Source: a candidate division FCPU426 bacterium (GTDB lineage Bacteria > Oederibacteriota > JAAXVQ01 > JAUVAV01). From it: DNA of 64,000 nucleotides. Location of the stretch: positions 1-64,000 of the forward strand of contig DAOWGI010000027.1 in NCBI GenBank assembly GCA_030637655.1. The letters are read 5' to 3'. Under the pieces are notes generated by a model. That model was not told the DNA's origin. It did no database searches and worked only from the letters and a program-made list of their open reading frames with translations. Shown in pieces: positions 28,823 to 38,424 of the stretch (its first letter is position 1; each line of letters starts with the position of its first letter). The translations under genes were made by a program, and so were the position numbers.

Positions 28823-30816
28823 TTTGGCAACTTTTCCCAGTAAATATTGGGAGAATCTTTCTTTAACCACATATTATTTTTTATTACATAGTGCTTATGT
28901 ACGTACTCTCTTTCATCATTTCCCGCCCAGAAATAATTCTGAATGTAATCAGGTTTTAATTCGCGAATTGAGTACTTTAAATCATATTTATTATGACCAG
29001 GAACACTTTTCATCCCATTGCCGGATTGAAACCGGTCCGGTTCCAACCGGGAGATTTTTTTATCACATTTTCCCAGGAAATCAATATTCTTCAATCCTGA
29101 GTAATAGGGTATGGTCCCGGACCAGAGGGTGCCAACCGTTGCCTCCGGCTTGCAGATATCCTTTAAATTAAGACCTATCCTCACATGCGCACCATTAAAA
29201 ACCACAGAATACGGTCTTTCTTTTAAAAACATTTCCGGTAAAAACTTGAAGTTGATCCAGCCAAAGGTAATCAGCAAAAAGGTAACTACAGCCACTATCA
29301 CACCACCGGAACGATTAAAGATCGGCCGTTCGGGATGGTACCAACGCGTGAGCAAAGAAAAAACACTGTCAAGTCCTGCTATGTTCAAGAGCATTAACAT
29401 CGGTACATAGGGAGCCATGATTCTCCAATAGGGCCAGGGATCTCCTCCTACATATACCTGATAACTCATGGCGGAAAGCAGCAACAGCAGCATAAGTACT
29501 TTTTCTTTACGCCACGGCCAAAGGGTTCCCAGCACACCCACCATCAACGCCGGCCAAATAGAATGTAAGAAAATAGTGACAAACCCTTTGCCGTTGGCAA
29601 TGCGCTCGGCCACCGTGAGTCCGGTCATTTTTAAAACATAGGTGTTAGGCAGCCATTCCCCATAATACGAGTGCCGAAATAATAACTGAGCTATAGGCAA
29701 GACCAGAAAGAGCAGGCCCTCGGAAAAGACCGTCAGAAAAGCGCCCTGGCGCCGCCACAAGTTAAACCAGCGAAATAAGAATAACAAGCTGACCTGAATA
29801 GCAGCATCCGGCCGGGTTAATACCATACAACCGCAGAGCAAGGAAAACCAGGGATTGAACCTGGCTTTTTTCGCAGGCTGTATGGCTATCCAAGCTGCTC
29901 CGACAGCCAACAAGGACAGCATGCCTGTCTCCATTCCCATTATGCTCCAGTACAACAAGGGATAGTAGAGAAAGGGCAGCAGAAAAGCCAACCCTTGATA
30001 AATCCATTTTTTCTCTTCCAACACATCCTGAAATACTGTGCGTGAGATCCCCATAAGACAGATCGCAATTCCCAAAATAAAAAATATACCCGAAATATGG
30101 GTAAATAAAACAGCCCCGTTTTTATTAAATAAAAAGGTCCCTATCGACATATACAACACCATAAACAGGTTGGTAAACCCTTCCACCCGCTCACCGATAT
30201 TCCAGACCAAGCCATGTCCGGACGTTAGGTTCCAGGCATAGCGCAAAGAAATCATAGCATCATCAAAAAGACTGAACATGCGTTTGCCTCCGCCAAACTC
30301 AAAGGAGGCCTGAATCAAAAAATGATACGCCCACCAGGCAAAGGCCGCGCTAAAAATGCCGACCATCAACCACTGACGAATATCCAGAGAAACCCGGATC
30401 ACACCCTTTTTTCCCAAAACATAAGGAGCTCCCAAAACCAGACTGAGCAAACACATGAACGTTCCCCGCAATACGGTGACGGAAAAGGCCACTCCTTTGG
30501 TCTGCATAAAGCTTTCCGCCCCCAACATGTAGGCCTGGCCGACAAAAAACAGTGCTGCGGCCACCATGGCCAGTACCTGCCAGGAGAAAACAATTTTTCC
30601 CAGGTAATTGAGTGTGGAAGCCACCGTGTTTTTGGACACCAGTGTGGTATAGGTTTTTTTCAAATCAATATTGATCGATAATCCAAATGATAAAAGCGCA
30701 TAAACACCCAGGACCAACCAGGCCTGGTCAATTTTTCCAAAGATAAAAAAATGTCCCGCCAAGATAAAGCATCCAATCAAAACCGGAACGAGTAAATAGG
30801 GGCTTAGGCTGCTCAC
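28819..30816 (-). CDS. GT-C membrane glycosyltransferase (AftB/arabinofuranosyltransferase-like)
   Basis: FDDAMISLRYAWNL..GHGLVWN.GERVEGFTN, GMET, TRPD, YYGEWLPNTY..K, VGGD, PGH.K motifs; GTG start 30816. Confidence 0.8.
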   Translation of the reverse strand: MSSLSPYLLVPVLIGCFILAGHFFIFGKIDQAWLVLGVYALLSFGLSINIDLKKTYTTLVSKNTVASTLNYLGKIVFSWQVLAMVAAALFFVGQAYMLGAESFMQTKGVAFSVTVLRGTFMCLLSLVLGAPYVLGKKGVIRVSLDIRQWLMVGIFSAAFAWWAYHFLIQASFEFGGGKRMFSLFDDAMISLRYAWNLTSGHGLVWNIGERVEGFTNLFMVLYMSIGTFLFNKNGAVLFTHISGIFFILGIAICLMGISRTVFQDVLEEKKWIYQGLAFLLPFLYYPLLYWSIMGMETGMLSLLAVGAAWIAIQPAKKARFNPWFSLLCGCMVLTRPDAAIQVSLLFLFRWFNLWRRQGAFLTVFSEGLLFLVLPIAQLLFRHSYYGEWLPNTYVLKMTGLTVAERIANGKGFVTIFLHSIWPALMVGVLGTLWPWRKEKVLMLLLLLSAMSYQVYVGGDPWPYWRIMAPYVPMLMLLNIAGLDSVFSLLTRWYHPERPIFNRSGGVIVAVVTFLLITFGWINFKFLPEMFLKERPYSVVFNGAHVRIGLNLKDICKPEATVGTLWSGTIPYYSGLKNIDFLGKCDKKISRLEPDRFQSGNGMKSVPGHNKYDLKYSIRELKPDYIQNYFWAGNDEREYVHKHYVIKNNMWLKKDSPNIYWEKLPK

Positions 30817-31005
30817 TGTTTTATCCTTCCTTCGGAAAAATTGTGCTGTTTGCAAACCTTCACTGCGTATATACAAATCCTAATAGTGCAAAATAAATCA
30901 CTCAAAAAATATGTAGCCCTTCTGTAAAACTGCCTTTTGCAGATTTATCCGGATGCATGCGTATACCGCTAAGTGTATAGGAAGTTTTCACTTTACAGCT
31001 TGTTG

Positions 31006-34000
31006 TCATTCTTCTGCCGGTGTTAATACACCTGCGGGAATAAGTACACGCTCCTGTCCTGGCGGTTTCCACTTTAATTTAATCGAATATCCATGAGACG
31101 GATAAAACCGAGCCCGGATGATATGCTTGCCTGCAGACAGTTGAATCCCGTTTTCCACCGGTTTGTTGTTTGCATATCCCGGAGGAAAACCTCCGCGTTT
31201 GTAGACTAAGCGCTGGTCGATTTCAACTTCACCATAACCGGGCATTTCCAGATCAAACGCATATTGACCCGCCTGCTTGATATCTATCCATCCCTTCCAT
31301 TCAATGGTCACCGGACGCTGATAGCCATAAGGAATGTTTGCCGTATGCACCAAAACCGCCGGTTGGACCTGTTGATAGGATGGTTTGCCGCTCCAATCAT
31401 TTGTCACATAAAATGTTTCAAGCAAACCTCGCGGTTCTTTATAACTAAAGAAATGGTTATGCGGTATGGGTTCTTTAAAGAAAGGTTTGTTGTATTGGCT
31501 TTTGTAAATGTGATAATTCTCCAGTGTGTCTTGGGAACTCCAAGCCAACAAGAGTTTTCCTCCTTTGGAAATCTTCGCCCGGCCTCGCAAACGATGCAAT
31601 CCGCCTGCCAGCCACGTATGAAGCTGATCTTCCTCTCGGGCTTTGGCCGACAGCCGGCGGGAATGGCCAATCTGCAGCTCCGCTTCATCCGTGGTATACA
31701 GATAGAGCGTGTAGTTGCCATGATGCGGTACCCAAAGTGTGCCCGCCCAGCTCACGGATCCTTGCGAACTGGAAAGCGGCCACGTGGAGTGCTTAAAGGG
31801 AGTATCAAGCGTAGCCGCTTTCTCTGTCAACGCAGGTACTCCTGCCCAATAGGAATTATTCCAATAAGTAGCAATCAGTCCGCGAGTAGCTTGAACATCT
31901 TCGTTTTTCACATGCCAGGCTTTAAACATCGACCCGTATTTCGGATGAAATTCATTGAAATATTGGCCTTTCGGATAAAACCATTGGATACTGGGCAACA
32001 ATTCTTCATATTCCAGAACCAACGAGTAGTTGATGTCCTTGTCCGTATCGGTATACACCGGCAACACATCAAATGGCGTATAAAAAAAGCGATTGTTTAA
32101 ATCACGGGAATACGCTCGATACGGAGGATGCCCTGGCCAGAAATAGGCACTCATTAAAAAATGTTCCCGCGTGTCTCGGTATTTACCAATATGCTTGGCA
32201 ACCGCCGTACAATTCGAATCAAAAGCGGGAATCGTATCAAAATATTTGTGATAATTGTCTTTGGCAACCGGAATGAGGAAAAGAACAAATGCTATTCCAC
32301 CGATCAATACGCCCGTTCTTCCGAGCACGTGTTGCAGCAAACGCCTCGCCCGATCGATAAACACACCCATAAAAAGAAATACTGTAGACGTCATACCGAA
32401 GATGCGGTCCGATTGAGGTGGTTCAATCGAAAAGACTGCAGCGCTCATAAATCCGGAAAACCATATGATCAGAATAAAGTATCGCAGTTTTTTCCAATGA
32501 TATAACGAAAAGCAGAATCCCAACGCAAATAGAATGGAAGGCCAGAACTGCAGCAGAGGTTCTCCGCTTAAACCGCCATTATGTCTGGTCCGATAATCAC
32601 CATGCCAATTAAATTGCGCAATGTTGATACGGATATTATTCACGATCCCTTGGGCAATATTCCGTGGCGCGTTGACATCCCCGGAAAACACAGAGACTTC
32701 TTTGACACGTCCGAAAAGTGCGCTCTGGCTTTTGGCAAACATAATAAAAAGCGCTCCCCCGGCCAGCCAGGCACCCAAGAGTAATGCAACCGTAGGCTTC
32801 CAGTTACGGACAAAAAAATTGCGTTGTTGAATAATGAGATACACCAGTATTCCAAAACAAATAAAAGGCACCAAGCGTGCTTGTACTGCAATATGCATGG
32901 ACAGTGCAAAACTCATCCCGGAAAAAATATAATACCATTTTCGTCGTTCCTGCACCCCTTTGACCAAAAAATAAAAACCCACTAAGAGTAACAATCCCAG
33001 CAACGTGTTTCCAAACCCAAAACGCGAATAATGAATATGATAACGCGAGATGGCCATTAACGCAGCACAAGCCAATGCTGCCCGCGGTCCAAAAAGCGTA
33101 CGAACCAACATAAAGAGCGCAAAGATACTTAATACCCCATATAAAATGGAGTGAAATTTCACGCCAATATTATCGATTCCAAACAGCCAATGAAAGACTT
33201 TCAACTGCGCTAGAAAAAATACCGGTTGGCTTGAAGCATGCGCTACCAATGAGGCTCGAGGATGATTTAAAATTTCCCGGGCATTGACAATACCACCGGC
33301 TTCGTCACACTCGATACCATAGGGAATGGTATCTATCATGTACGAGCGAACCCAGATTGCAAAGCCTAAAATGAGTACTAGTCCCAGAGCCTCCCAGTAC
33401 CAAGAAAACGGTTTCTCCTGCAAGGTGTCCGGTTCATTTTCAGTGGGTTCTTTAAAAGCAAAGATCAAGGCAATACCGGCATAGGCAAAATACGTCAGCC
33501 CGGACGATATCTCTTCGTGGGAGATTAAACTCTGAGCGCGATATCCGAGATACAGCGCCAAGCCGAGCATCGTGAGGCGAAATATATTTTTCAAAAAATT
33601 CAAAATCAATCCCGGTTCTTGATGTGCTTTGAATCCTTGTTGCCAGGGAAACGATAATCCGATCAGGCCGATACCAAGCATACCACCGGCTAATCCTTGA
33701 GCAGTAATTTCACCATTGCTTGTCTGTCGGGCAAATAACAACAAGCCCGCTCCAACCAGGACCAAGAGTGCTTTTAGGATGACACCGGCCATCCCTTGGG
33801 CTTTTCCGGAAAACTCATTTAAGGGGTACCGCGACTGTTCCGAATCACAAAAATGATTCGGCATCAGTGCCAGAATAAATAAAATACCTATTGTATTGCA
33901 GGTAATTCCGATAATTTCTTTATGCCCATTGAGAAAAACATGTTTAATTAAAATCAGGTTTCCGATCAGAATCAAAGCAAGTCCCGGCAAACCGATAAAG

Positions 34001-34575
34001 GCACAACGAATCCAGTCTCCGAGCAGCCCCAGCCGGACAAATTTTTTCTCATTTCGAATAGCAATGTATAGAAAAAAAATACTGAACAACATTATAAAAA
34101 CCATGGATATACTCTGCTTATAAATGAGCAGCACCTGAGAAAAGACTAATAACAAAATACCAACAATAATCAGTACTAATTTAGGTAGGTTGAGTTCTAC
34201 CAAAGCAATCTTGTCCGGTAAGCCAAAAGCTCTCTTTTTTTCCTGAACCACCTGTTTCTGATCTTCCAGAGCCGCCAAAGTAGCCTCTTGGTTTGCGACT
34301 TCTGTTTTTAAACTTCGGGTTTTGGCTACTTGATAGATAAGGGCTCCCGCTTTTTTAAAAAATTCCATCAGCCAGCGAACTTTTAAAAAAGCAAGGTTGC
34401 GAACAAAAAAAGTCAACCCCACAAAGAGAATGCCAAGCGTGGTAAGTTGAAGTCCGGCAGATATCTCGCTTTGAATAATCAACCGCTGTCCCCAACCTAA
34501 AAAAATCAAGGCCAAAAGGCCAAAATACACTTTTGGTGATTTCAACGTGCTTACCAGTTTTGGATGATCCTGCAT
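31006..34575 (-). CDS. Large GT-C (PMT_2-like) glycosyltransferase with extra N-terminal TM bundle and two PA14 domains
   Basis: IPYGIECDEA motif, H.HYSR, GD.R.RHN shared with 5740-8328; GLIATYWNN and GLLETFY...W.G.I...G.Y.F PA14 motifs. Confidence 0.82.
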   Translation of the reverse strand: MQDHPKLVSTLKSPKVYFGLLALIFLGWGQRLIIQSEISAGLQLTTLGILFVGLTFFVRNLAFLKVRWLMEFFKKAGALIYQVAKTRSLKTEVANQEATLAALEDQKQVVQEKKRAFGLPDKIALVELNLPKLVLIIVGILLLVFSQVLLIYKQSISMVFIMLFSIFFLYIAIRNEKKFVRLGLLGDWIRCAFIGLPGLALILIGNLILIKHVFLNGHKEIIGITCNTIGILFILALMPNHFCDSEQSRYPLNEFSGKAQGMAGVILKALLVLVGAGLLLFARQTSNGEITAQGLAGGMLGIGLIGLSFPWQQGFKAHQEPGLILNFLKNIFRLTMLGLALYLGYRAQSLISHEEISSGLTYFAYAGIALIFAFKEPTENEPDTLQEKPFSWYWEALGLVLILGFAIWVRSYMIDTIPYGIECDEAGGIVNAREILNHPRASLVAHASSQPVFFLAQLKVFHWLFGIDNIGVKFHSILYGVLSIFALFMLVRTLFGPRAALACAALMAISRYHIHYSRFGFGNTLLGLLLLVGFYFLVKGVQERRKWYYIFSGMSFALSMHIAVQARLVPFICFGILVYLIIQQRNFFVRNWKPTVALLLGAWLAGGALFIMFAKSQSALFGRVKEVSVFSGDVNAPRNIAQGIVNNIRINIAQFNWHGDYRTRHNGGLSGEPLLQFWPSILFALGFCFSLYHWKKLRYFILIIWFSGFMSAAVFSIEPPQSDRIFGMTSTVFLFMGVFIDRARRLLQHVLGRTGVLIGGIAFVLFLIPVAKDNYHKYFDTIPAFDSNCTAVAKHIGKYRDTREHFLMSAYFWPGHPPYRAYSRDLNNRFFYTPFDVLPVYTDTDKDINYSLVLEYEELLPSIQWFYPKGQYFNEFHPKYGSMFKAWHVKNEDVQATRGLIATYWNNSYWAGVPALTEKAATLDTPFKHSTWPLSSSQGSVSWAGTLWVPHHGNYTLYLYTTDEAELQIGHSRRLSAKAREEDQLHTWLAGGLHRLRGRAKISKGGKLLLAWSSQDTLENYHIYKSQYNKPFFKEPIPHNHFFSYKEPRGLLETFYVTNDWSGKPSYQQVQPAVLVHTANIPYGYQRPVTIEWKGWIDIKQAGQYAFDLEMPGYGEVEIDQRLVYKRGGFPPGYANNKPVENGIQLSAGKHIIRARFYPSHGYSIKLKWKPPGQERVLIPAGVLTPAEE

Positions 34576-34777
34576 GGTTTTTTGTAGTAAAGTGAGTAAC
34601 CAGTTAATAACTCATCACACCTTTCCTTGTCCAATAACTTCTAATAAGTACTCCTGACTTCCTATATCCGGTAATCGCTTTCGTTTCCATTGTCCTTGAC
34701 CGCACTCGCATGCGACGAATGACACTACCGGCTGATGCTGTTTTTAGTACTAAGACTTGCTGCCGGTTGCTTGGTCG

Positions 34778-35716
34778 TCAACGATCCGCTTCAACATAAA
34801 CAATCAACCAAAAGAGGCGAAACTGAGATAACCAACGGGCCAATGCTCTCAACCATTCCCAGGGTGGACGTTCGAACCGGTAATAGTTATCCGGCCGACC
34901 ATGTCGGACATTTTCAAAACCCACTTTGGTAAAGTATTTTTTTATCCCGCGAATGGTAAATGATTTTTCGTAGCCGTACTGCAAATGACGGCCTCTGAGC
35001 AAACGATGATGAAACCATTCGGCTAACGGTTTGATAAGAGGCAGCTCTGGAATATTTCCCCATATTTGATAATACCCTAACGTAGCTAAAGAGATCACAG
35101 GAACACTCGTGTTGACTCTGCCGCCTGGTCGCAGGGTACGGTAAATTTCTTGGACCGCAACTTGGGTGTCCGGAAAATGCTCCAAAGACCCCCAGCCAAA
35201 CATATATCCCAAAGAGGCTGTTTTAAAAGGCAAATGCCTTAAATCACCAACCACGAAAAACCCTTCCTCCTGTTCGCGGTCAAAAAGCTGCCTGGATTGC
35301 TCGCAAGCCTCATGACAAGCATCAATCCCAATCACCAGACCTTTTTTCTCTTTCGCGACCAGCAGTGCCAGTTGACCGTTACCACATCCGGCTTCTAAAA
35401 ACGGCCCCCACTCATTCTCCGAGGGAGCATGACGACATATGAATTTTGTGACATAAACATAGGACGGATCGGCTTTTGTCTGACCTTTGGCCGGCAAGCC
35501 GACTTTCTTCCATTCTTTATTCCAACTGTTGATGGAAAGCTGAAATTTGGGACTAATATCATCGTAGGGCAGCATATCCGGAATCCCATTTTTAATGGGA
35601 AATTTCCGCTCACACGATTGGCAAACCAGTTGATCCTGGCTTTGTTTTACATCAGCCTGGCAATATGGACAAGCCAGAATATTTAAATAATTTTCCGGAA
35701 TACTGTTCACACCCAT
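34778..35716 (-). CDS. Trm112-like Zn-ribbon + class I methyltransferase (paralogue 3)
   Basis: ILACPYC...CQSC..FPIKNGIP, FLEAGCGNG, SLEHFPDT, WGNIPELP..GYEKSFT. Confidence 0.85.
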   Translation of the reverse strand: MGVNSIPENYLNILACPYCQADVKQSQDQLVCQSCERKFPIKNGIPDMLPYDDISPKFQLSINSWNKEWKKVGLPAKGQTKADPSYVYVTKFICRHAPSENEWGPFLEAGCGNGQLALLVAKEKKGLVIGIDACHEACEQSRQLFDREQEEGFFVVGDLRHLPFKTASLGYMFGWGSLEHFPDTQVAVQEIYRTLRPGGRVNTSVPVISLATLGYYQIWGNIPELPLIKPLAEWFHHRLLRGRHLQYGYEKSFTIRGIKKYFTKVGFENVRHGRPDNYYRFERPPWEWLRALARWLSQFRLFWLIVYVEADR

Positions 35717-36165
35717 TTCTATTTCCTTCCTCGTAAATATCGTTTTTCGGCCTGTTTACTTTAGAAACTTTACAGTGCCCAGAACCGAACATCCCCTTAA
35801 GCAGTACCCAAACAATTTGGAAGCTGCGGAATAGTTGAGACTGGTAAAAAAAAATGAGAGTTCGGGATGATGGTATACGTACTCCCTGCTCAAAAAACTT
35901 AAAAGTTAAGGGAAAGTATACCGGATAAGAAGTGGCATTTCAAGAAAAGTATGTATAAAAATCGGGTTAAACGGAACCTGCTATGATCTACTCTCATGCC
36001 CTCTCATGCGCTTGGGGCGCTTGGCTAGATTTGCGTTGTGCTTTAAAAGAATATCTGTTAATACTAAAAGAAGTTTCTCGATTTTTTATTTAAGCCTGCT
36101 CTGCAAATGGCTCAACGTGGGTTCCTATTGCTGGTAGTGCCAATACCAATTTCTGGAGTATACTT

Positions 36166-38424
36166 GTGCGGCTTTATTATGGTCGGGAATTTTCCGGACA
36201 ATCAGGTGGCCCCTCTCGCCTTGATCCCTGGTTTGCGCTACTGGCTTTCCTTATCCCGGTACTGAGTTCTCTACCGCTTCTGGGAACCGACCTCACGACC
36301 GGAGATCACACTGAATTTGTGTTGGGAGCACTCACCCTCGGCATTATTCAATTTCCAGGCTATCCGCTCTATTTAGTATGTACAAAATTTATCTCCCTAC
36401 TAATCCCTCACGCTTCCGAAATCTGGCGGATTAATTTTATTAGCTTGTTGTACGGTTCAATGGCAACTCTCCTGATTTTTCTGATTGGCCGCCGTTTACG
36501 CTTTGCTCCTTTTGTAAGTCTGGCCGCGGCCTGTTTTTTCTTCTTTTCTCCTTTTTTTTGGCAGGCGTCTCTGCTCTCAACGTATTACACCTTTCATCAT
36601 TTATTAATAACCACCCTGCTTTTTTTAACCCTGGACATTTTTGGTCCCCTTCCTTGGCGACAACGGCGCCTCCGTTTACTGCTGTGGGCCGCGTTCTGTG
36701 GCTTGACCGGAGGTCAGCATCCTGAACTTTTGCCCTGGGCAATCACTGCTTTTGTCTTAGGTATCAGCATCGGTCTTCCCCGGCACCGGGTCAAAGGCTC
36801 CGATTACTCACTGGTCTTTATCAGCGCCTTGACCGCGGCTATTCTGCCTTATGCTTATCTTCCCTTGCGGTTGTTGGCTGCCAACGCGTTTGTCAACCCG
36901 GATGCGGTTGCCGCCCATGCCGGACTAATGCATACCCCCTCATTTACAAAACTTATCTCCTGGCTCACACAGTATGTCAGCGAAGGTCTGCATTCCTGTT
37001 TTTTCGCGCATACGTTTCAGACCTCCATCATTCATCTGGGAAACGCTCTCTTGGACTTTGTTTACGCTTACCCTTTCTTTCCTCTGGTAGTTGTGGCGCT
37101 GGGGTTGTTACTCAATTTACGTGATGTGTTTATCCGGCAACCACGCCGGGGCGCGACGGCCACCGGTTCTACCGGCCGGCTTTTTATTGCCATTCTTCCT
37201 TTGTTTGCTTTGGGTGGCAGCGCTTTACTGCTTCCCGGAAACGCACTCTCTACTCAATTGAGTATGTCCTTGGGTTGCGCTTTCTGGAGCTTAAAAGGCT
37301 TGGAATATTGTTACCAAACCTTGGGACACGCAGATTATCTGCTCGCGAGGAACACACGTCTGCGCCCCACCTGGTTTGCTTTGTTGATCATTCTCTTGCT
37401 TCCCGTCTTAACCGGCATTCATAACTATCCCGTATTTAAAAACCAAATACGGCACGCGAGCAATCCCCAATCCAGTATTAGCGACGTTTCCCAGTTGCTT
37501 CACGACCTTCCGGCAAAAGCAATTCTGGTTTTTCCGAACACCTCCTCCTTGCTAATCACACAGTATGTTCAGCAACGGTTGGGTGTTCGTACGGATGTAG
37601 CTTTAATGCCTTTTTCCCAACTCTGGAAAGATAACCTGCCGGCACCCCCTTCTTGGCTACACCTGTTTAACCAAAAACCAGAGACTCTCTTCGCGCGAAA
37701 AATGAAATTCACACGCCTATGGATTCAAGGATTGTTGGAAAAAATCATTTCCGGCCGCCCTGCCTTTGTCGTGTTTTCCCCTATGCTGCCAACACCCACC
37801 TTGGAATATCTGGTACAGTCCTTCACCTTGTCTGAAGCCCATTCCCCGGTCGCGGAGTGGAAACAACCTAACCAACAAGGATTTTTATCTGTGTATCGCA
37901 TACAGCGTCCATCTCTTCCTGTCAAACCCAGGCGTCAGCGGGTTGGCAAAACCTATATCAATGATTTTGAGAGCGAACTGCGTCTGTTGTCCGCTCAAAT
38001 GCAACGTCCTTTACAACGGCCCGGCAAATTTGCCATGCTAAACATTAGCCTGCGCTGGCAACTATTGCGAAAAATTGAACACGATAAATTATTGGTCAAA
38101 TTTTGGATAACCCCGGCAAGTCGTGAACAATCCATTCGTATGGCTGACGGGAAAAAGCGGCTATGGAAAGAAACTCGGATATTGGGACAGGGCTATGTAC
38201 TCAACCGGCTGCGTGCCCGTGCCTCCTTTAAGGAAAAATATCAACTGCTGGTGCCAACCGAGCTTCCGGTGGGCCGTTATCTGGTTCACCTCTCGGTGCT
38301 GGACAAAACCAACAATCAGCCCCTGGCTGCCGGCGAGCATAAAGGAGAGCCGGTTTACTTCTCCCCGGCTTGTGAATTTTGGGTGACTGCTTCGGAAGAG
38401 GACACCGGTGTTTCCCTGCCATAA
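36166..38424 (+). CDS. DUF2723/TMEM260-like protein O-mannosyltransferase-family membrane protein with C-terminal Ig-like domain
   Basis: GDHTEF..GA.TLGIIQFPGYPLY, FWQAS, YAYLPLR, R.DV motifs; C-terminal LRWQ...VP.ELPVGRY..HLSV. Confidence 0.72.
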   Translation: MRLYYGREFSGQSGGPSRLDPWFALLAFLIPVLSSLPLLGTDLTTGDHTEFVLGALTLGIIQFPGYPLYLVCTKFISLLIPHASEIWRINFISLLYGSMATLLIFLIGRRLRFAPFVSLAAACFFFFSPFFWQASLLSTYYTFHHLLITTLLFLTLDIFGPLPWRQRRLRLLLWAAFCGLTGGQHPELLPWAITAFVLGISIGLPRHRVKGSDYSLVFISALTAAILPYAYLPLRLLAANAFVNPDAVAAHAGLMHTPSFTKLISWLTQYVSEGLHSCFFAHTFQTSIIHLGNALLDFVYAYPFFPLVVVALGLLLNLRDVFIRQPRRGATATGSTGRLFIAILPLFALGGSALLLPGNALSTQLSMSLGCAFWSLKGLEYCYQTLGHADYLLARNTRLRPTWFALLIILLLPVLTGIHNYPVFKNQIRHASNPQSSISDVSQLLHDLPAKAILVFPNTSSLLITQYVQQRLGVRTDVALMPFSQLWKDNLPAPPSWLHLFNQKPETLFARKMKFTRLWIQGLLEKIISGRPAFVVFSPMLPTPTLEYLVQSFTLSEAHSPVAEWKQPNQQGFLSVYRIQRPSLPVKPRRQRVGKTYINDFESELRLLSAQMQRPLQRPGKFAMLNISLRWQLLRKIEHDKLLVKFWITPASREQSIRMADGKKRLWKETRILGQGYVLNRLRARASFKEKYQLLVPTELPVGRYLVHLSVLDKTNNQPLAAGEHKGEPVYFSPACEFWVTASEEDTGVSLP

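Noticed and set aside
31264-32100. 278-aa plus-strand ORF
   Set aside because: Antisense shadow of the GT-C/PA14 gene; no recognisable motifs or RBS
34605-34700. 28-codon minus ORF (METKAITGY...) upstream of the large GT-C
   Set aside because: Weak RBS and no motif; cannot be supported from sequence alone
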